A stretch of DNA of 64,000 nt from positions 1,792,001 to 1,856,000 of the forward strand of contig CP067995.1 of the NCBI GenBank assembly GCA_045159875.1. The letters are read 5' to 3'. The notes under the pieces are model-generated. The model had not been told where the DNA came from. It was given only the letters and a program-made list of their open reading frames with translations, and made no database searches. Source of the DNA: a cyanobacterium endosymbiont of Rhopalodia gibba. GTDB taxonomy: Bacteria; Cyanobacteriota; Cyanobacteriia; Cyanobacteriales; Microcystaceae. Each line of letters opens with the position of its first letter. Positions within the stretch are counted from its first letter, which is position 1. A program made the position numbers and the translations under genes. Shown here piece after piece: positions 46,022-57,059 of the stretch.

Positions 46022-46949
46022 CTCTAGATATCTGCTGATATAACAGTCTTTTAAATAACGGAAATACTAATTTTTATAGCTTTTTTTGTTTAAAATATAG
46101 ATAAGTTTTTTATTTTAATTTTTTAAAAAATTGAGTGATATAAGTGTTTACTAAATAATTTAATTTAAAACCTAAAATCTAGAGAATAGCTTATAATCGT
46201 CATCTATAAAAATAGAATATGTTTTCAATTGTTTTACTTCTCAATAAAATTAGACATAAAAACCATTTATACAAATTTATATAAATAAATCAAAAGATCT
46301 GTGTTGACTGATTTTTAACTTAATAAACTAGCGTAATTACTTCTTAAATAAAAGAGCTATTTTTTACTTAAATTATTTTTAACTAAATTGTAATATCTAG
46401 CTAATTTATTAATTTAATTTTGTAGAGTTTAAAACTTTTAATCGAATTATCTTTTGAAAATATAAAATACTACAAATATACTTTTTTAAAAAAAATGTAT
46501 TTAAATACTCATCCTATTAACATCAAATTAATCATGATTTTTTTAAAAGAAAGTTTATTTTGAGAACAAATATTCTAAAGTTATTTAGATAAATAAATTT
46601 GCTATTGGCGAATCTTTTTAAAAGTTCGAATAGAATTTAAGTTTCATTTTTAATATTACTTTACCCATTAGAAAATTGAATTACCCTAGGGATAGATAAT
46701 TAACAAAGTTTTGACTACATCCTCTTATTTGATTCTATAGTAAACGCTGAAACAGTGACAGGTTTTCTCCTTATTAGCTCAGTTTCAATATTACTTTTAT
46801 TCTCACTTCCAAACTAACTAAACTAACTCAATGACAAAATATTCTTATTTTCTTGAATTTAAATTATTTGGTAATCGCTGTTGATCTTGTTTGATTAAGG
46901 TTTTTAGCTAATGTCAAGATTAATAATTATTTTCTATATTATTAGTCAG

Positions 46950-47270
46950 TACAATTTACATTGTATTGGATAATAGACTGTTCACAATACCAAGCAAAAA
47001 TTAACCAAAAAGTGCACTCTAAAATACATATTTTTACCTAAATTATTGAACTAAAGCTGCTGCTAATCCAAAGATTATGGTATTGAGGATAATCAAAAAT
47101 ACCCCTATTATCAAAATAATCATAAGAACTGTTAATACTAATAGTATTGGTTTGACAATGGCGGACACCAATGTCTTGAAAAAAATATTAACTTCTAATC
47201 CAATCGGTAATCGAGCGACAATCAATAAACTAATGGCAGTTAATCACCATGCAATTAAGAGATTTATAAC
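46950..47270 (-). pseudogene. Phage-holin-family (4TM, YvlD/DUF360-like) membrane protein pseudogene
   Basis: LPIGLEVNIFFKTLVSA..KPIL..GVFLIILNTIIFGLAAALV* resembles the cyanobacterial family; premature stop and apparent internal deletion. Confidence 0.7.
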
Positions 47271-47423
47271 TTACCTCCTTTGAATTTATTTTGATTTTAA
47301 CTGTCAATCTTAATTAATTTAAAATCATGAAAATGGTTCATTTTTTAAAATTAAATATTATTGATAAAAATAACCGTCATCTTTGCCTATTCTACGACCT
47401 TAAGATTTTTTATAAAAAGTCTC

Positions 47424-48728
47424 TTACATATCTCGATAGTTAAAAGACTTAGCATTGTCTCCTGAATAAGTTGCTACAATGTGAGCGTCTCCAATCACTT
47501 GATATTTATAGGTGACTAATCCTTCTAAGCCGACCGGACCTCTGGGAGGCATTTTTTGAGTACTAATACCGACTTCAGCCCCAAAACCATAGCGAAACCC
47601 ATCAGAAAAGCGAGTTGAACAATTATGAAATACCCCAGCTGCATCTACTTGGTTTAAAAATTTTGTAGCGGAAATATTATTTTCCGTAATAATTGCATCG
47701 GTATGTTTTGAACCATAAGTATTGATATGAGCAATCGCGTCTTCTAGGGAAGCTTCGATTTTAATTGAGAGGATAAGATCACTATATTCTGTTTTCCAAT
47801 CCTCTTCTGTTGCAGGTATTATATCGATTAATTCTTGACAGGTTTTATCTCCCCTTAATTCAACATTATTTTCTTTTAAAACTTGAGCTATCTTAGGCAA
47901 GAACTGAGGGGCAATATCTTGGTGAACTAATAATGTTTCAATGGCATTGCAAGCTGCAGGATATTGGGTTTTAGAATCTACTGTTATGGTAATTGCTTTA
48001 TTTAAGTCTGCCTGTTTATCAACGTAAAGGTGACAAATTCCATCAGCATGACCTAAGACAGGAATATTAGTATTTTGTTGAACATAGCGAACAAAACTAT
48101 TAGATCCTCTAGGGATAATTAAATCAACATCGTTTTCTAAGGCTAATAATTCTTGAATTTCTTCACGGGTAGTTAGTAATTTAATACTATCGCAATCAAC
48201 ACGAGTTTTTAAAAGTGCGTCTCGGATGACTTTAAATAGAGTTTGACATGAATTAATCGCTTCTTTTCCTCCTTTAAGAATTACCCCATTGCCAGATTTT
48301 ATGGCTAAACTAGTGATTTGAATTAAGGCTTCAGGTCTGGCTTCAAAGATAACTCCCAATACCCCCAACGGACAGGTTTTTCTCTTTAAGATTAACCCCT
48401 TATCCAACTCTCGATGGATTTGAATTATTCCTATAGGATCCGGCAATATTCCAACATTTCTTACCCCCTTAATCGTAGCTTTTAATTTGGTCTCACTAAG
48501 TTTTAAACGGTTATATAAAGGTTGAGAAATTCCTTCTTTTTTAGCATTGTTACAGTCAGATTGGTTCGAGGTAATAATCTCAGGAATTGTGTTTTCTAAG
48601 GCTTGCGCGATGGCTTCAATTGCATTATTGCGCTCGTCTATAGATAGTAATTCCAAGTTACGTGCAGCTTCACGGGTTGTCTTAGCAATTTCTGCTAAAG
48701 ATAAAGCTTTAATTGAAGTTGAAACCAT
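47424..48728 (-). CDS. proA: Gamma-glutamyl phosphate reductase
   Basis: [60 protein letters not shown]. Confidence 0.97.
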   Translation of the reverse strand: MVSTSIKALSLAEIAKTTREAARNLELLSIDERNNAIEAIAQALENTIPEIITSNQSDCNNAKKEGISQPLYNRLKLSETKLKATIKGVRNVGILPDPIGIIQIHRELDKGLILKRKTCPLGVLGVIFEARPEALIQITSLAIKSGNGVILKGGKEAINSCQTLFKVIRDALLKTRVDCDSIKLLTTREEIQELLALENDVDLIIPRGSNSFVRYVQQNTNIPVLGHADGICHLYVDKQADLNKAITITVDSKTQYPAACNAIETLLVHQDIAPQFLPKIAQVLKENNVELRGDKTCQELIDIIPATEEDWKTEYSDLILSIKIEASLEDAIAHINTYGSKHTDAIITENNISATKFLNQVDAAGVFHNCSTRFSDGFRYGFGAEVGISTQKMPPRGPVGLEGLVTYKYQVIGDAHIVATYSGDNAKSFNYRDM

Positions 48729-48778
48729 AGAATTTATAGCAACTTAAAAATTAACGTTTATTTTGATATACTATCATA

Positions 48779-48850
48779 TCTAAAAAACTAAAAAAATTAC
48801 TATTTTTTACTTATATCTTTAATATTTTTTTATTTTTTTAGTTTTTTAGA
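48779..48850. repeat. Inverted repeat, 19-bp arms, upstream of proA
   Basis: TCTAAAAAACTAAAAAAAT-N34-ATTTTTTTAGTTTTTTAGA. Confidence 0.8.
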
Positions 48851-50634
48851 AATAAGGAAGAGAACAAAGTAGATGAAAAAATTGTTGAATAGTGGAGATT
48901 CAGATCAGAAAAATTAACATAAAATTTGATAGCTAACTTAGGAATGAAGTTCTCTAAATCCAATATGTTGATTTTCAGTCGTTTGTGGTCATTCTATCCT
49001 AGCTGTGACAAAACCACAATTTTAAAAAGCTAAAAATCTTGCTTTATACAATCTACAAGATTACAACAACTATTTTTCTAGTTATAGAATACAGCATTTC
49101 CGTTCAATTTAAATCACTAATTTCAGAGATCTAAACAATATAAGATTAGTAGTCAGATATGAATTAGGGTGAAAGACAAAGACATATTTACGGTTGAAAT
49201 ATCTAGGCTAGGTGATAATTTTACTAAAAAAAGCAAATAACTACTAGTCTAACTTTTTAGATTGTTTTAAAAAGTAAATAAGTATATTTTCCTGGACAAC
49301 TATTTAGATAATAGAAAGACTAATCGTAATAGATGTTCTTCCCCTTATATTGATTTTCACAGTGGATTATTAAGCCTTAGAGTCAATAAAGTAATTGATT
49401 CTCTTTTCAGAAACTAACATTTTGTACATAAATATATCAAAAAATATTCCTCCTAAATCAGATCTAATAAAATTAGAACAATAGAATTAATCTAGGTAAA
49501 AATTGTTTGTCTTATATCTACTTATGTCGATACATCAAATACATCGCATAAACAATAAATGGAAAAAATTTAATTATACCAAAGAAAAAGAATATTCTAA
49601 ACTAAATTAGTAATTCAATAAATATGCAATCCAATCTATTACTTAATTTAATCACTTAGTATATTAATTTGAAATTTTTTAAAAAATCTAATTCTAATTA
49701 GAATTAGAACTTAACCAATAACCATTTTTACTAAAAGTTTCAATAAAAAATACTTATACATAATTATAAATATTATTTTAATTTATTTAGAATTTTTTTT
49801 CTAAAAAGATTAGAGTCAGTCTAAATACATTAGATACTATAAAGTGTTCTGTGAATAACTATATTTTCTTAATAAGGAGGAGAACTTATACAGATACAGT
49901 AATAGTAGATTCAGAAGTCACTCAATATTTTTTAGAAAACAAGAGTAAAGATACTGCAAAGAAGAATACTATCATGGATTTACAGTTTATTGTGAGAATT
50001 GCTAAAAAATTTTTTTAAAAAAATCTCCAAATAATAGAGAAAAGACTTAATAAAAATTCTCTTTTTAAGAAAAATAATAAAAATAAAAAAATATTAGTAT
50101 AATATTTGTCTAGTTTAACTTAAAATTAATTAATAAAAATAAAAAATTTTTACTTTTATTAAAATTGGAATAAAAGCATATAGACTTGTATTTTTTTAAT
50201 AAAAATATTATTAAAAATAAATATCATGAAACAGATTAATAAAAAATTAGACTATTCAGATAAAAATTAAAATTTATAGTTTATATTTTTTTTAAAAAAA
50301 ATAAAAGAGTATACAAGAGATATCTATAAAATTGAAATTGAGAGTAATAAGGCTTTCAATAAATTTCTAGAATAGAGAGAAACTATTTGTTGACAATTTA
50401 TAAATACACCTAATTTTAGGAGTTTCCGAAAATCTTAAAAATAATTTAAAAATCAGGTTATGATTTAAATCTAGCTCATAAAGAATTAAATACTTCCTAT
50501 ATAAAATAAATTTAAGAGAGATTTTTTGAATTAAATTTTCCAGAAAACCATCTAAATAAATATTTTTTTAAAACTCTAGAACAATTTTGTGCTTAGATAA
50601 ATAGCTAGATCATCTTTTAAATGAAAGGAATATT

Positions 50635-51561
50635 ATGACTACTAGTAAAACTAAAGCAGAGCTGTGGATTAATGAAAATATTACCCCTTGGGACATTTAT
50701 AGTCATGGAATTAAAGAAATTTTAGTTTATCAAAAAACTCCATATCAGGAGATGTATATTGTTGAAAGTGAGTCCTATGGTAAAGCATTAGTTTTAGATG
50801 GAAAATGGCAATCCTGTGTAGGGGATGAATTTATTTATCATGAAAGTTTAGTACAACCAGCAATGATTACCCATCAATTTGTAAAAAAAGCCCTCGTCTT
50901 AGGTGGTGGAGAAGGAGCGACTATTCGGGAAATTTTACGGTGGAAATCGATTGAAAAAGTGACGATGATTGACATTGATGGAGAAGTAGTAGCTGCTTGT
51001 CAAAAACATCTCCCTGAAATGCACCAGAACTGTTTTGATGATCCACGAGTAGAATTAATTATCGATGATGCTCTAAAAGTTCTAGATGAAATCTCCGGAG
51101 GATGGGATATTATCATTTCAGATTTATCTGATCCCATTGAAGAAGGTCCGTCATTCCCATTATTTACCAAAGAATATTTTGCTAAGCTGCAGAAAGTCTT
51201 ATCTCCCCAGGGTTTAGTGATTATCCAGAGTGGTCAAGTTTCTCCTCCATTTATTAAATATCACGCCCGTTTAGTGAATACTCTAAAAGCTGTTTTTCCT
51301 CAAGTTAATTCTTATTGTGCTCCTACTCCTACCTATGGTTCTCCCTGGGGTTTTGCTATCTGTGGAAATCAAGTTTTAAACACTTTCCCTGACCCAATTT
51401 TTATTGATAATTTATTAGCTACAAAAACGACAGGAAAATTACGTTTAATTGATGGGCAAACTTTATTGGGAATGTTGCAAACTCCTCTTTATATTCGAGA
51501 CGCAATTGCAAAATATACGGATGTTTATACTTTTGATAAACCACCTAAGTTCTTTAGTTAA
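50635..51561 (+). CDS. speE: Polyamine aminopropyltransferase (spermidine synthase)
   Basis: TPYQ, LVLDG, DEFIYHE, VLGGGEGATIRE, DIIISDLSDP. Confidence 0.92.
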   Translation: MTTSKTKAELWINENITPWDIYSHGIKEILVYQKTPYQEMYIVESESYGKALVLDGKWQSCVGDEFIYHESLVQPAMITHQFVKKALVLGGGEGATIREILRWKSIEKVTMIDIDGEVVAACQKHLPEMHQNCFDDPRVELIIDDALKVLDEISGGWDIIISDLSDPIEEGPSFPLFTKEYFAKLQKVLSPQGLVIIQSGQVSPPFIKYHARLVNTLKAVFPQVNSYCAPTPTYGSPWGFAICGNQVLNTFPDPIFIDNLLATKTTGKLRLIDGQTLLGMLQTPLYIRDAIAKYTDVYTFDKPPKFFS

Positions 51562-51618
51562 TTATCCTGAAGTCAGCCTTTTATCCTAGTAAACCTTTTA
51601 GTTCAAATTAAATTATTA

Positions 51619-51645
51619 TCTGAATCTAATAAAATTAGATTCAGA
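51619..51645. terminator. Hairpin between convergent speE and cobJ
   Basis: TCTGAATCTAAT-AAA-ATTAGATTCAGA. Confidence 0.5.
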
Positions 51646-51766
51646 GCAAAATTAGATTGCCATTTTATTAATTTAATTTTTTAAAAATTGTATTTTGCGT
51701 TTCCTCATTGTCTTCAGTTTAATCAAGTCTAAGTTCAAAGATAAATATTTATGTTAGTTATCGATT

Positions 51767-53614
51767 TTAATCATATCCCCTAGGTGTAATCATCCAACCC
51801 TTATAGCTATAAGTACTAGAATTACCAATAATAACTGTGGTTAACATATCAATAGTAAAATTGAGCATTTCTCCAAGGGAAGTTAAGGTTATCTTCTCGT
51901 CTGGACGATAAGCAGAACGAACTAAAGCTACCGGAGTTTTAGGATTACGATATTTTAAAAAAACTTCTTGTACATAAATAATTTGTTTAGTTCTTGTTCG
52001 TGAGCGTGGGTTATAAATAGCCGTTATAAAGTCCTCCTTTGCTGCTGCCACTAACCGTTTTCTAATTACTTCCCAAGGAGTTAATAAGTCACTTAAACTA
52101 ATGGCACAAAAATCGTGCATCAAAGGCGCACCTACCCTAGATGCTGATGCTTGTAAAGAAGTAATTCCTGGAAAGATTTCTACTTGAGGGATGTTACCAT
52201 CCCAATTTCTTTTTTGTAGTTCTTCTAACACTAATCCTGCCATTCCATAAATACCACAATCTCCTGAAGATACTACCGCTACTGTCAACCCCCATTTTGC
52301 TAATTCTATCGCTCTAGTAGCTCGTTTTTTTTCTTGAGTAATTGGTAATGCTTCGATAATTTGTCCAGGGCGTTGTAAAGGTTTAATCAAGTCTATATAT
52401 AAAGAATAACCAATAATTACATCCGCTTGAGTAATAGCTGTTTTTGCCGCCGGAGTAATTTGTGCTAAACTCCCTGGACCAGTTCCGATTAAATATAGTT
52501 TTCCAGTCCTTCCAGTATATTCTCGACTAGATTGAGCAACTGCTATCGTTACTGTACCTTCATTCTCTGACTGAATAATTTGTTTAGAGACTAAAAGAAA
52601 ATTAGAAGAAGAATTAGCTGCAGCAATAGCAGATGCTTCAGCAACACTGGGAGTTCCTACCTCTTGTTGAACAATAGTTGAAGGGTTAGGAACTTCTATT
52701 TCTATTAAAATGTTAGCAGGAAAAAATTTTAAAGGTAATTGTCTTTTTTTACAGTACTGTACTAATCCTATTTCATCAGATTTTACGTCAATTGTTGCTA
52801 TTCCTGCTATAGCATCGTTCGCTAAATTATACTGTTTAAATACTTTATGAATTGCCTTGTTAATTAAGCTTTCAGCAGTTCCTCTAATGCACCCGATTCC
52901 GACCCATAGTATCCGAGGATGCCATTGTACTTTAGAAGACTTTAAGTCGGATGAAAATTGTCTTTTAGTGGCACTGATCCAAATCTGTCCTGAAAATTTA
53001 ATAGCTTCATTAAATTTAGGAAATCCAAAATAAAAAGGATGATTAGAAGGTAAATTATCTTGCCAAAGAGTTGAACCAACTTCTTGAATAACTTGTACTG
53101 TTTCTCCACGAGAAATAAGGCTACTAACTTTTTTCCAATTTCCTTCTCCCTTGCGCCAGCCAAAAGGTGATCCTAAAACATCAATTCCTGGCAAATCTAA
53201 ATTGTTAGTTGCTCCTGTAATAATAGGAGTTGTATTAAGTTGATGAGCAATTAATTGAGTTAAGTGATCTGCTCCTCCTTGATGTCCACTGCATAAGCTA
53301 ATTACAAACTTCCCCGTTGGATCAATAACAAGAATAGCTGGATCACTAGATTTATCATGTAGTAAATGAGAAATTAAACGAACTACTGCTCCTGTTGCTA
53401 ATCCAAAAATAAAGACTTTGTTCTGACTCCAAATAGAAGTTAAATAGTCTTTAAGAGAACCTTGATAAACTTGAGCATTATTTAGTCCAGTTTGATGACT
53501 TGGAACATGAAGCGTTGCCCCAATTTGTTGACATAATGGGTGTAGAGTCTTGATAGCTCTAGGAGTCGTTGCGATGACGGCAATGGGACAAAAAGGTTTA
53601 AACGTAGATATCAT
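51767..53614 (-). CDS. cobJ: Fused CbiG / precorrin-3B C17-methyltransferase (CbiH/CobJ)
   Basis: CbiG: DPAILVID, SGHQGGA, GIGC, TPSVAEA. Methylase: IGTGPG, SSGDCGIYGMAG, HDFCAISLSDLLTPW, MITPRGY. Confidence 0.94.
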   Translation of the reverse strand: MISTFKPFCPIAVIATTPRAIKTLHPLCQQIGATLHVPSHQTGLNNAQVYQGSLKDYLTSIWSQNKVFIFGLATGAVVRLISHLLHDKSSDPAILVIDPTGKFVISLCSGHQGGADHLTQLIAHQLNTTPIITGATNNLDLPGIDVLGSPFGWRKGEGNWKKVSSLISRGETVQVIQEVGSTLWQDNLPSNHPFYFGFPKFNEAIKFSGQIWISATKRQFSSDLKSSKVQWHPRILWVGIGCIRGTAESLINKAIHKVFKQYNLANDAIAGIATIDVKSDEIGLVQYCKKRQLPLKFFPANILIEIEVPNPSTIVQQEVGTPSVAEASAIAAANSSSNFLLVSKQIIQSENEGTVTIAVAQSSREYTGRTGKLYLIGTGPGSLAQITPAAKTAITQADVIIGYSLYIDLIKPLQRPGQIIEALPITQEKKRATRAIELAKWGLTVAVVSSGDCGIYGMAGLVLEELQKRNWDGNIPQVEIFPGITSLQASASRVGAPLMHDFCAISLSDLLTPWEVIRKRLVAAAKEDFITAIYNPRSRTRTKQIIYVQEVFLKYRNPKTPVALVRSAYRPDEKITLTSLGEMLNFTIDMLTTVIIGNSSTYSYKGWMITPRGYD

Positions 53615-53733
53615 ATGTGAGTTAATAATTAATAGTTATTCGTTATTAAACGGTTACTTTTTTAGTTTCATGGGAATTTTGTATATACTATATACTGACT
53701 AAAATTATATATAATCCGGATGGAATCGTTGTT

Positions 53734-54102
53734 GTGACCTATAAGGAATTGTGTCTGTTATTATTTTCAGTGCTAACGAGTACCATGGGGCAGTTATTCT
53801 TAAAGCTAGGGGCAACTAAGCTAGGTAAAGTAAACGCAGATAATGTGGTTAGTCACATTTTGAATATCGTCATGACCCCAGAATTATTGGCGGGATTATC
53901 CTGCTATGGGTTAGGAGCGATCGCTTATATTCTCCTATTAACCCGTGTTCAATTGAGTATCGCTGGTCCTTCTGCGGCGTTAATTTATGTGTTTTCGGTT
54001 TTAATTGGCTATTTCTTCTTTCAAGAGTCAATCCCTGTATATCGTGCCTGTGGGTTAGGATTTATTATTTGTGGGGTTATTTTAGTCGTTTGGAAAGCTT
54101 AA
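53734..54102 (+). CDS. Small 4-TM EamA/SMR-like transporter
   Basis: GQLFLKLG, LSIAGP, FFQES..GLGFIICGVILV. Confidence 0.8.
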   Translation: MTYKELCLLLFSVLTSTMGQLFLKLGATKLGKVNADNVVSHILNIVMTPELLAGLSCYGLGAIAYILLLTRVQLSIAGPSAALIYVFSVLIGYFFFQESIPVYRACGLGFIICGVILVVWKA

Positions 54103-54202
54103 GACTAATCTCTATTATGTCACTTTAGACTATTGAGTGAGGTATTTATGAGATTTAACTGCTTTTGTTTCCTTTGGACTTGCGACTTTTAAAAGTATCC
54201 CC

Positions 54203-54232
54203 TTGTGCAATCGATAAAAATTATGCTACAAT
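54203..54232 (+). promoter_or_regulatory. Putative sigma70 promoter of tRNA-Arg
   Basis: TTGTGC-N18-TACAAT with extended TGn, 22 bp before the tRNA. Confidence 0.4.
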
Positions 54233-54254
54233 AGCTAGTTGTTGAGACAAACAT

Positions 54255-54328
54255 GGGACTGTAGCTTAGTGGATTAGAGCGCGTGGCTACGAACCACGAG
54301 GTCGGGGGTTCGAGTCCCTCCAGTCCCG
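54255..54328 (+). tRNA. trnR: tRNA-Arg(ACG)
   Basis: Acceptor GGGACTG/CAGTCCC, anticodon arm CGTGG-CTACGAA-CCACG, T arm GGGGG-TTCGAGT-CCCTC; CCA not encoded. Confidence 0.97.
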
Positions 54329-54759
54329 TATTTATTAAAACTTAATAAAGTTAAGATTAATCATTCTTCCAGACCAGTGTTTTTTTAACTACTGACATTG
54401 ACTTGTCTTATTGTTTTTAGTACGGAAGAGCTGAATTAACAAGTATAGTCAACTCTCCTAACCAGATTGATCGTGTAAGTGGAGTCTGAACTATTTATGG
54501 GGTTAGTCAAAATTTATCGCAGATAGGGATTGTGAACAATGAAACAAACCCCTCTAGATTCTGGTTAGAATAGCTAATTGATATTTGCGGCTCCCTCAAG
54601 CTTATTGTTAGTCAAAACTGAATCACTAGAAACTTATTTATCTGTTATTGAATAGGGTAAAAAGAGTGATATTCTAATCTACCTGACCGATCTAAAATTA
54701 TGAGGAATAATCCTCCTAGAAACCAGTAAAGGCAACCAACCCTCAAGGTTAACTTATCC

Positions 54760-55893
54760 ATGAAAGTTGATTATCTAACGCCACAAACCGCTCAAACTCA
54801 ATTCTTGGAAGTGCCAACTCTTCCCCCTACAAACTGCCAACCCTGGCCGGGGTTAATTGAAACCTATCGCCCCTATCTTCCCGTAAGCGAAGCAACTCCA
54901 ATTATCACCCTTCTAGAAGGAAATACTCCCCTGATTCAAGTTCCCCATATTTCCCGACAAATTGGGCGCGGAGTCAAAGTTTTAGTTAAATATGATGGTT
55001 TAAACCCTACAGGAAGTTTCAAAGATCGGGGCATGACCATGGCGATTTCCAAGGCTTCTGAAAATGGAGCCAAAGCGGTAGTTTGTGCTAGTACGGGGAA
55101 CACTTCAGCAGCAGCAGCTGCCTATGCTAAACGGGGTAATATGCAAGCATTTGTCATCATTCCTGATGGCTATGTTGCCCTAGGAAAGTTAGCGCAGGCT
55201 TTGCTTTATGGGGCAGAGGTGATCGCCATTGAAGGGAATTTTGACGATGCTTTAACCATTGTCCAAGAAATGGCCGAAAATTATCCCATTACCCTGGTTA
55301 ACTCTATTAACCCTTATCGTTTAGAAGGACAAAAAACCGCGGCTTTTGAAGTGGTGGATTGTTTAGGAAATGCTCCTGACTGGTTATGTATTCCTGTAGG
55401 CAATGCAGGAAATATTAATGCTTATTGGATGGGATTTTGTCAATATCATAGTTTAGGGAAATGCGATAACCTACCAAAAATGATGGGGTTTCAAGCTGCA
55501 GGGTCTGCACCATTCATCACTGGTAAACCAATTAGATCACCTGAAACTCTAGCAACAGCTATTCGTATTGGCAACCCTGCTAATTGGGATAAAGCTTGGG
55601 CAGTTAAAGAAGCTAGTCTCGGAGAGTTTAACGCTGTCACCGACCAGGAAATTCTAGAAGCTTATCGCTTATTAGCCTCTCAAGAAGGAATTTTTTGTGA
55701 ACCGGCCAGTGCCGCTTCTGTGGCAGGATTATTAAAAGTTAAAGATAAAGTTCCTAATGACGCAACGGTGGTTTGTGTGTTAACAGGCAATGGACTTAAG
55801 GATCCTGACTGTGCGATCAACTATAGCAATAATCAGGTCAAATCAGGAATCAAGCCCCAATTGCCTCTTGTTGCTGAGGCGATGGGATTTTAA
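54760..55893 (+). CDS. thrC: Threonine synthase
   Basis: [19 protein letters not shown] lysine, [27 protein letters not shown]. Confidence 0.97.
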   Translation: MKVDYLTPQTAQTQFLEVPTLPPTNCQPWPGLIETYRPYLPVSEATPIITLLEGNTPLIQVPHISRQIGRGVKVLVKYDGLNPTGSFKDRGMTMAISKASENGAKAVVCASTGNTSAAAAAYAKRGNMQAFVIIPDGYVALGKLAQALLYGAEVIAIEGNFDDALTIVQEMAENYPITLVNSINPYRLEGQKTAAFEVVDCLGNAPDWLCIPVGNAGNINAYWMGFCQYHSLGKCDNLPKMMGFQAAGSAPFITGKPIRSPETLATAIRIGNPANWDKAWAVKEASLGEFNAVTDQEILEAYRLLASQEGIFCEPASAASVAGLLKVKDKVPNDATVVCVLTGNGLKDPDCAINYSNNQVKSGIKPQLPLVAEAMGF

Positions 55894-55990
55894 TACTCAG
55901 CGTCAGCGTCGGATTTAGTTCTCTATGCTTTTTATAGAAAGTTGGGAAGAATCCGAGATATTTGATACCAATTTTATAAACTTTAACTAC

Positions 55991-56032
55991 ACATTTTATA
56001 GGGGGCAATGGCTGTTGACCTCTATAAAATGT
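55991..56032 (+). terminator. Hairpin downstream of thrC
   Basis: ACATTTTATAG..CTATAAAATGT arms with an imperfect inner stem. Confidence 0.45.
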
Positions 56033-56679
56033 TAGTTCAATGAGATTTAAAAATATCGGTTGTTATTCTCAATATCCAAGTCACAGTACGACAAGGTTGA
56101 TGATTGCCTTAAATGACAACTGTTAACAATCAAGACTACAATGGTTGTTTAAAAAATAGTAGGAGGTAAAGCAAACTTACCTTTTTGTCTTAAATAAAAA
56201 CAAGGTTTTTCAGATAAGTAGGTATAAGCAACCGGTCAAGTAAAAAAGTTAAAAAAACAGTTCCAAATACTTAGATTTTTCGAATGTTCAATCTAAGAAA
56301 TATTTTTACATATATCGTTTTTCTTAAATTTACCAGCTGATTTTTCTAGCCATGTCCCCAACTATATTTTAGAAATACCACTTTAGTCAGGGATCTATAA
56401 AACGTGTATTATATAATTTTTTAACCTATGGAATAGAGTTATGACAAAGGAGTATTTAGTTAATACGGACAATAGGAACGCGAGGAAAATTCTAGTTAAT
56501 ATAGATAGTTACGATGAAGTCTTTTTCACTTAGGAGAAACTTGATCTTAAAATAATTTACTAATAGAAGTTACTAATATTTCTTTCTTTGCTATAGTTAT
56601 ATTTATAGTTCTAAGAAAAATGAGATATAAAAATATAACTTCAGAATTAATATTATTAAAGTTCTCACATTTAGCAACA

Positions 56680-56990
56680 AAACAGTAATCACATGGCATT
56701 GGTGCTAGTTTTGGAAAAATTAAATAAAAAATTTAAATCCTAAGAAATATGTAATCTTTTATTATCATAATATCTAACATAATTATGGCTGTTCCATATA
56801 CTGATTTGGAATGGGATCCTTTACTCACCTGTGCTGATCGTATCATTTCGGAAGGAGGAATAGTTTTGTCTCAAAGTACAGTTGTAGCGAGGGAATAGGG
56901 TCTTCCTTGGGTTATAAATATTTCCCATGCTACTCAAATCCTAAAAGATAGACTAATGAGGTATTGCAGAAATTTTAGATAATTAGAGTT
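56680..56990 (+). pseudogene. PEP-utilising enzyme mobile (phospho-His swivel) domain remnant
   Basis: HGIGASFG..VPYTDLEWDPLLTCADRIISEGGIVLSQSTVVARE*GLPWVINI..ATQILKD; catalytic SHG changed to SQS, in-frame stop. Confidence 0.8.
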
Positions 56991-57059
56991 TCTCTAAGGA
57001 AGATCCTATTGAAAAGGTTTTATGTCTAACCTGTACCTATAATAATCTTTATCAACATC

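Noticed and set aside
46950..47270. Holin-like gene as prophage evidence
   Set aside because: This family is a common chromosomal membrane protein in cyanobacteria, and no phage genes are nearby.
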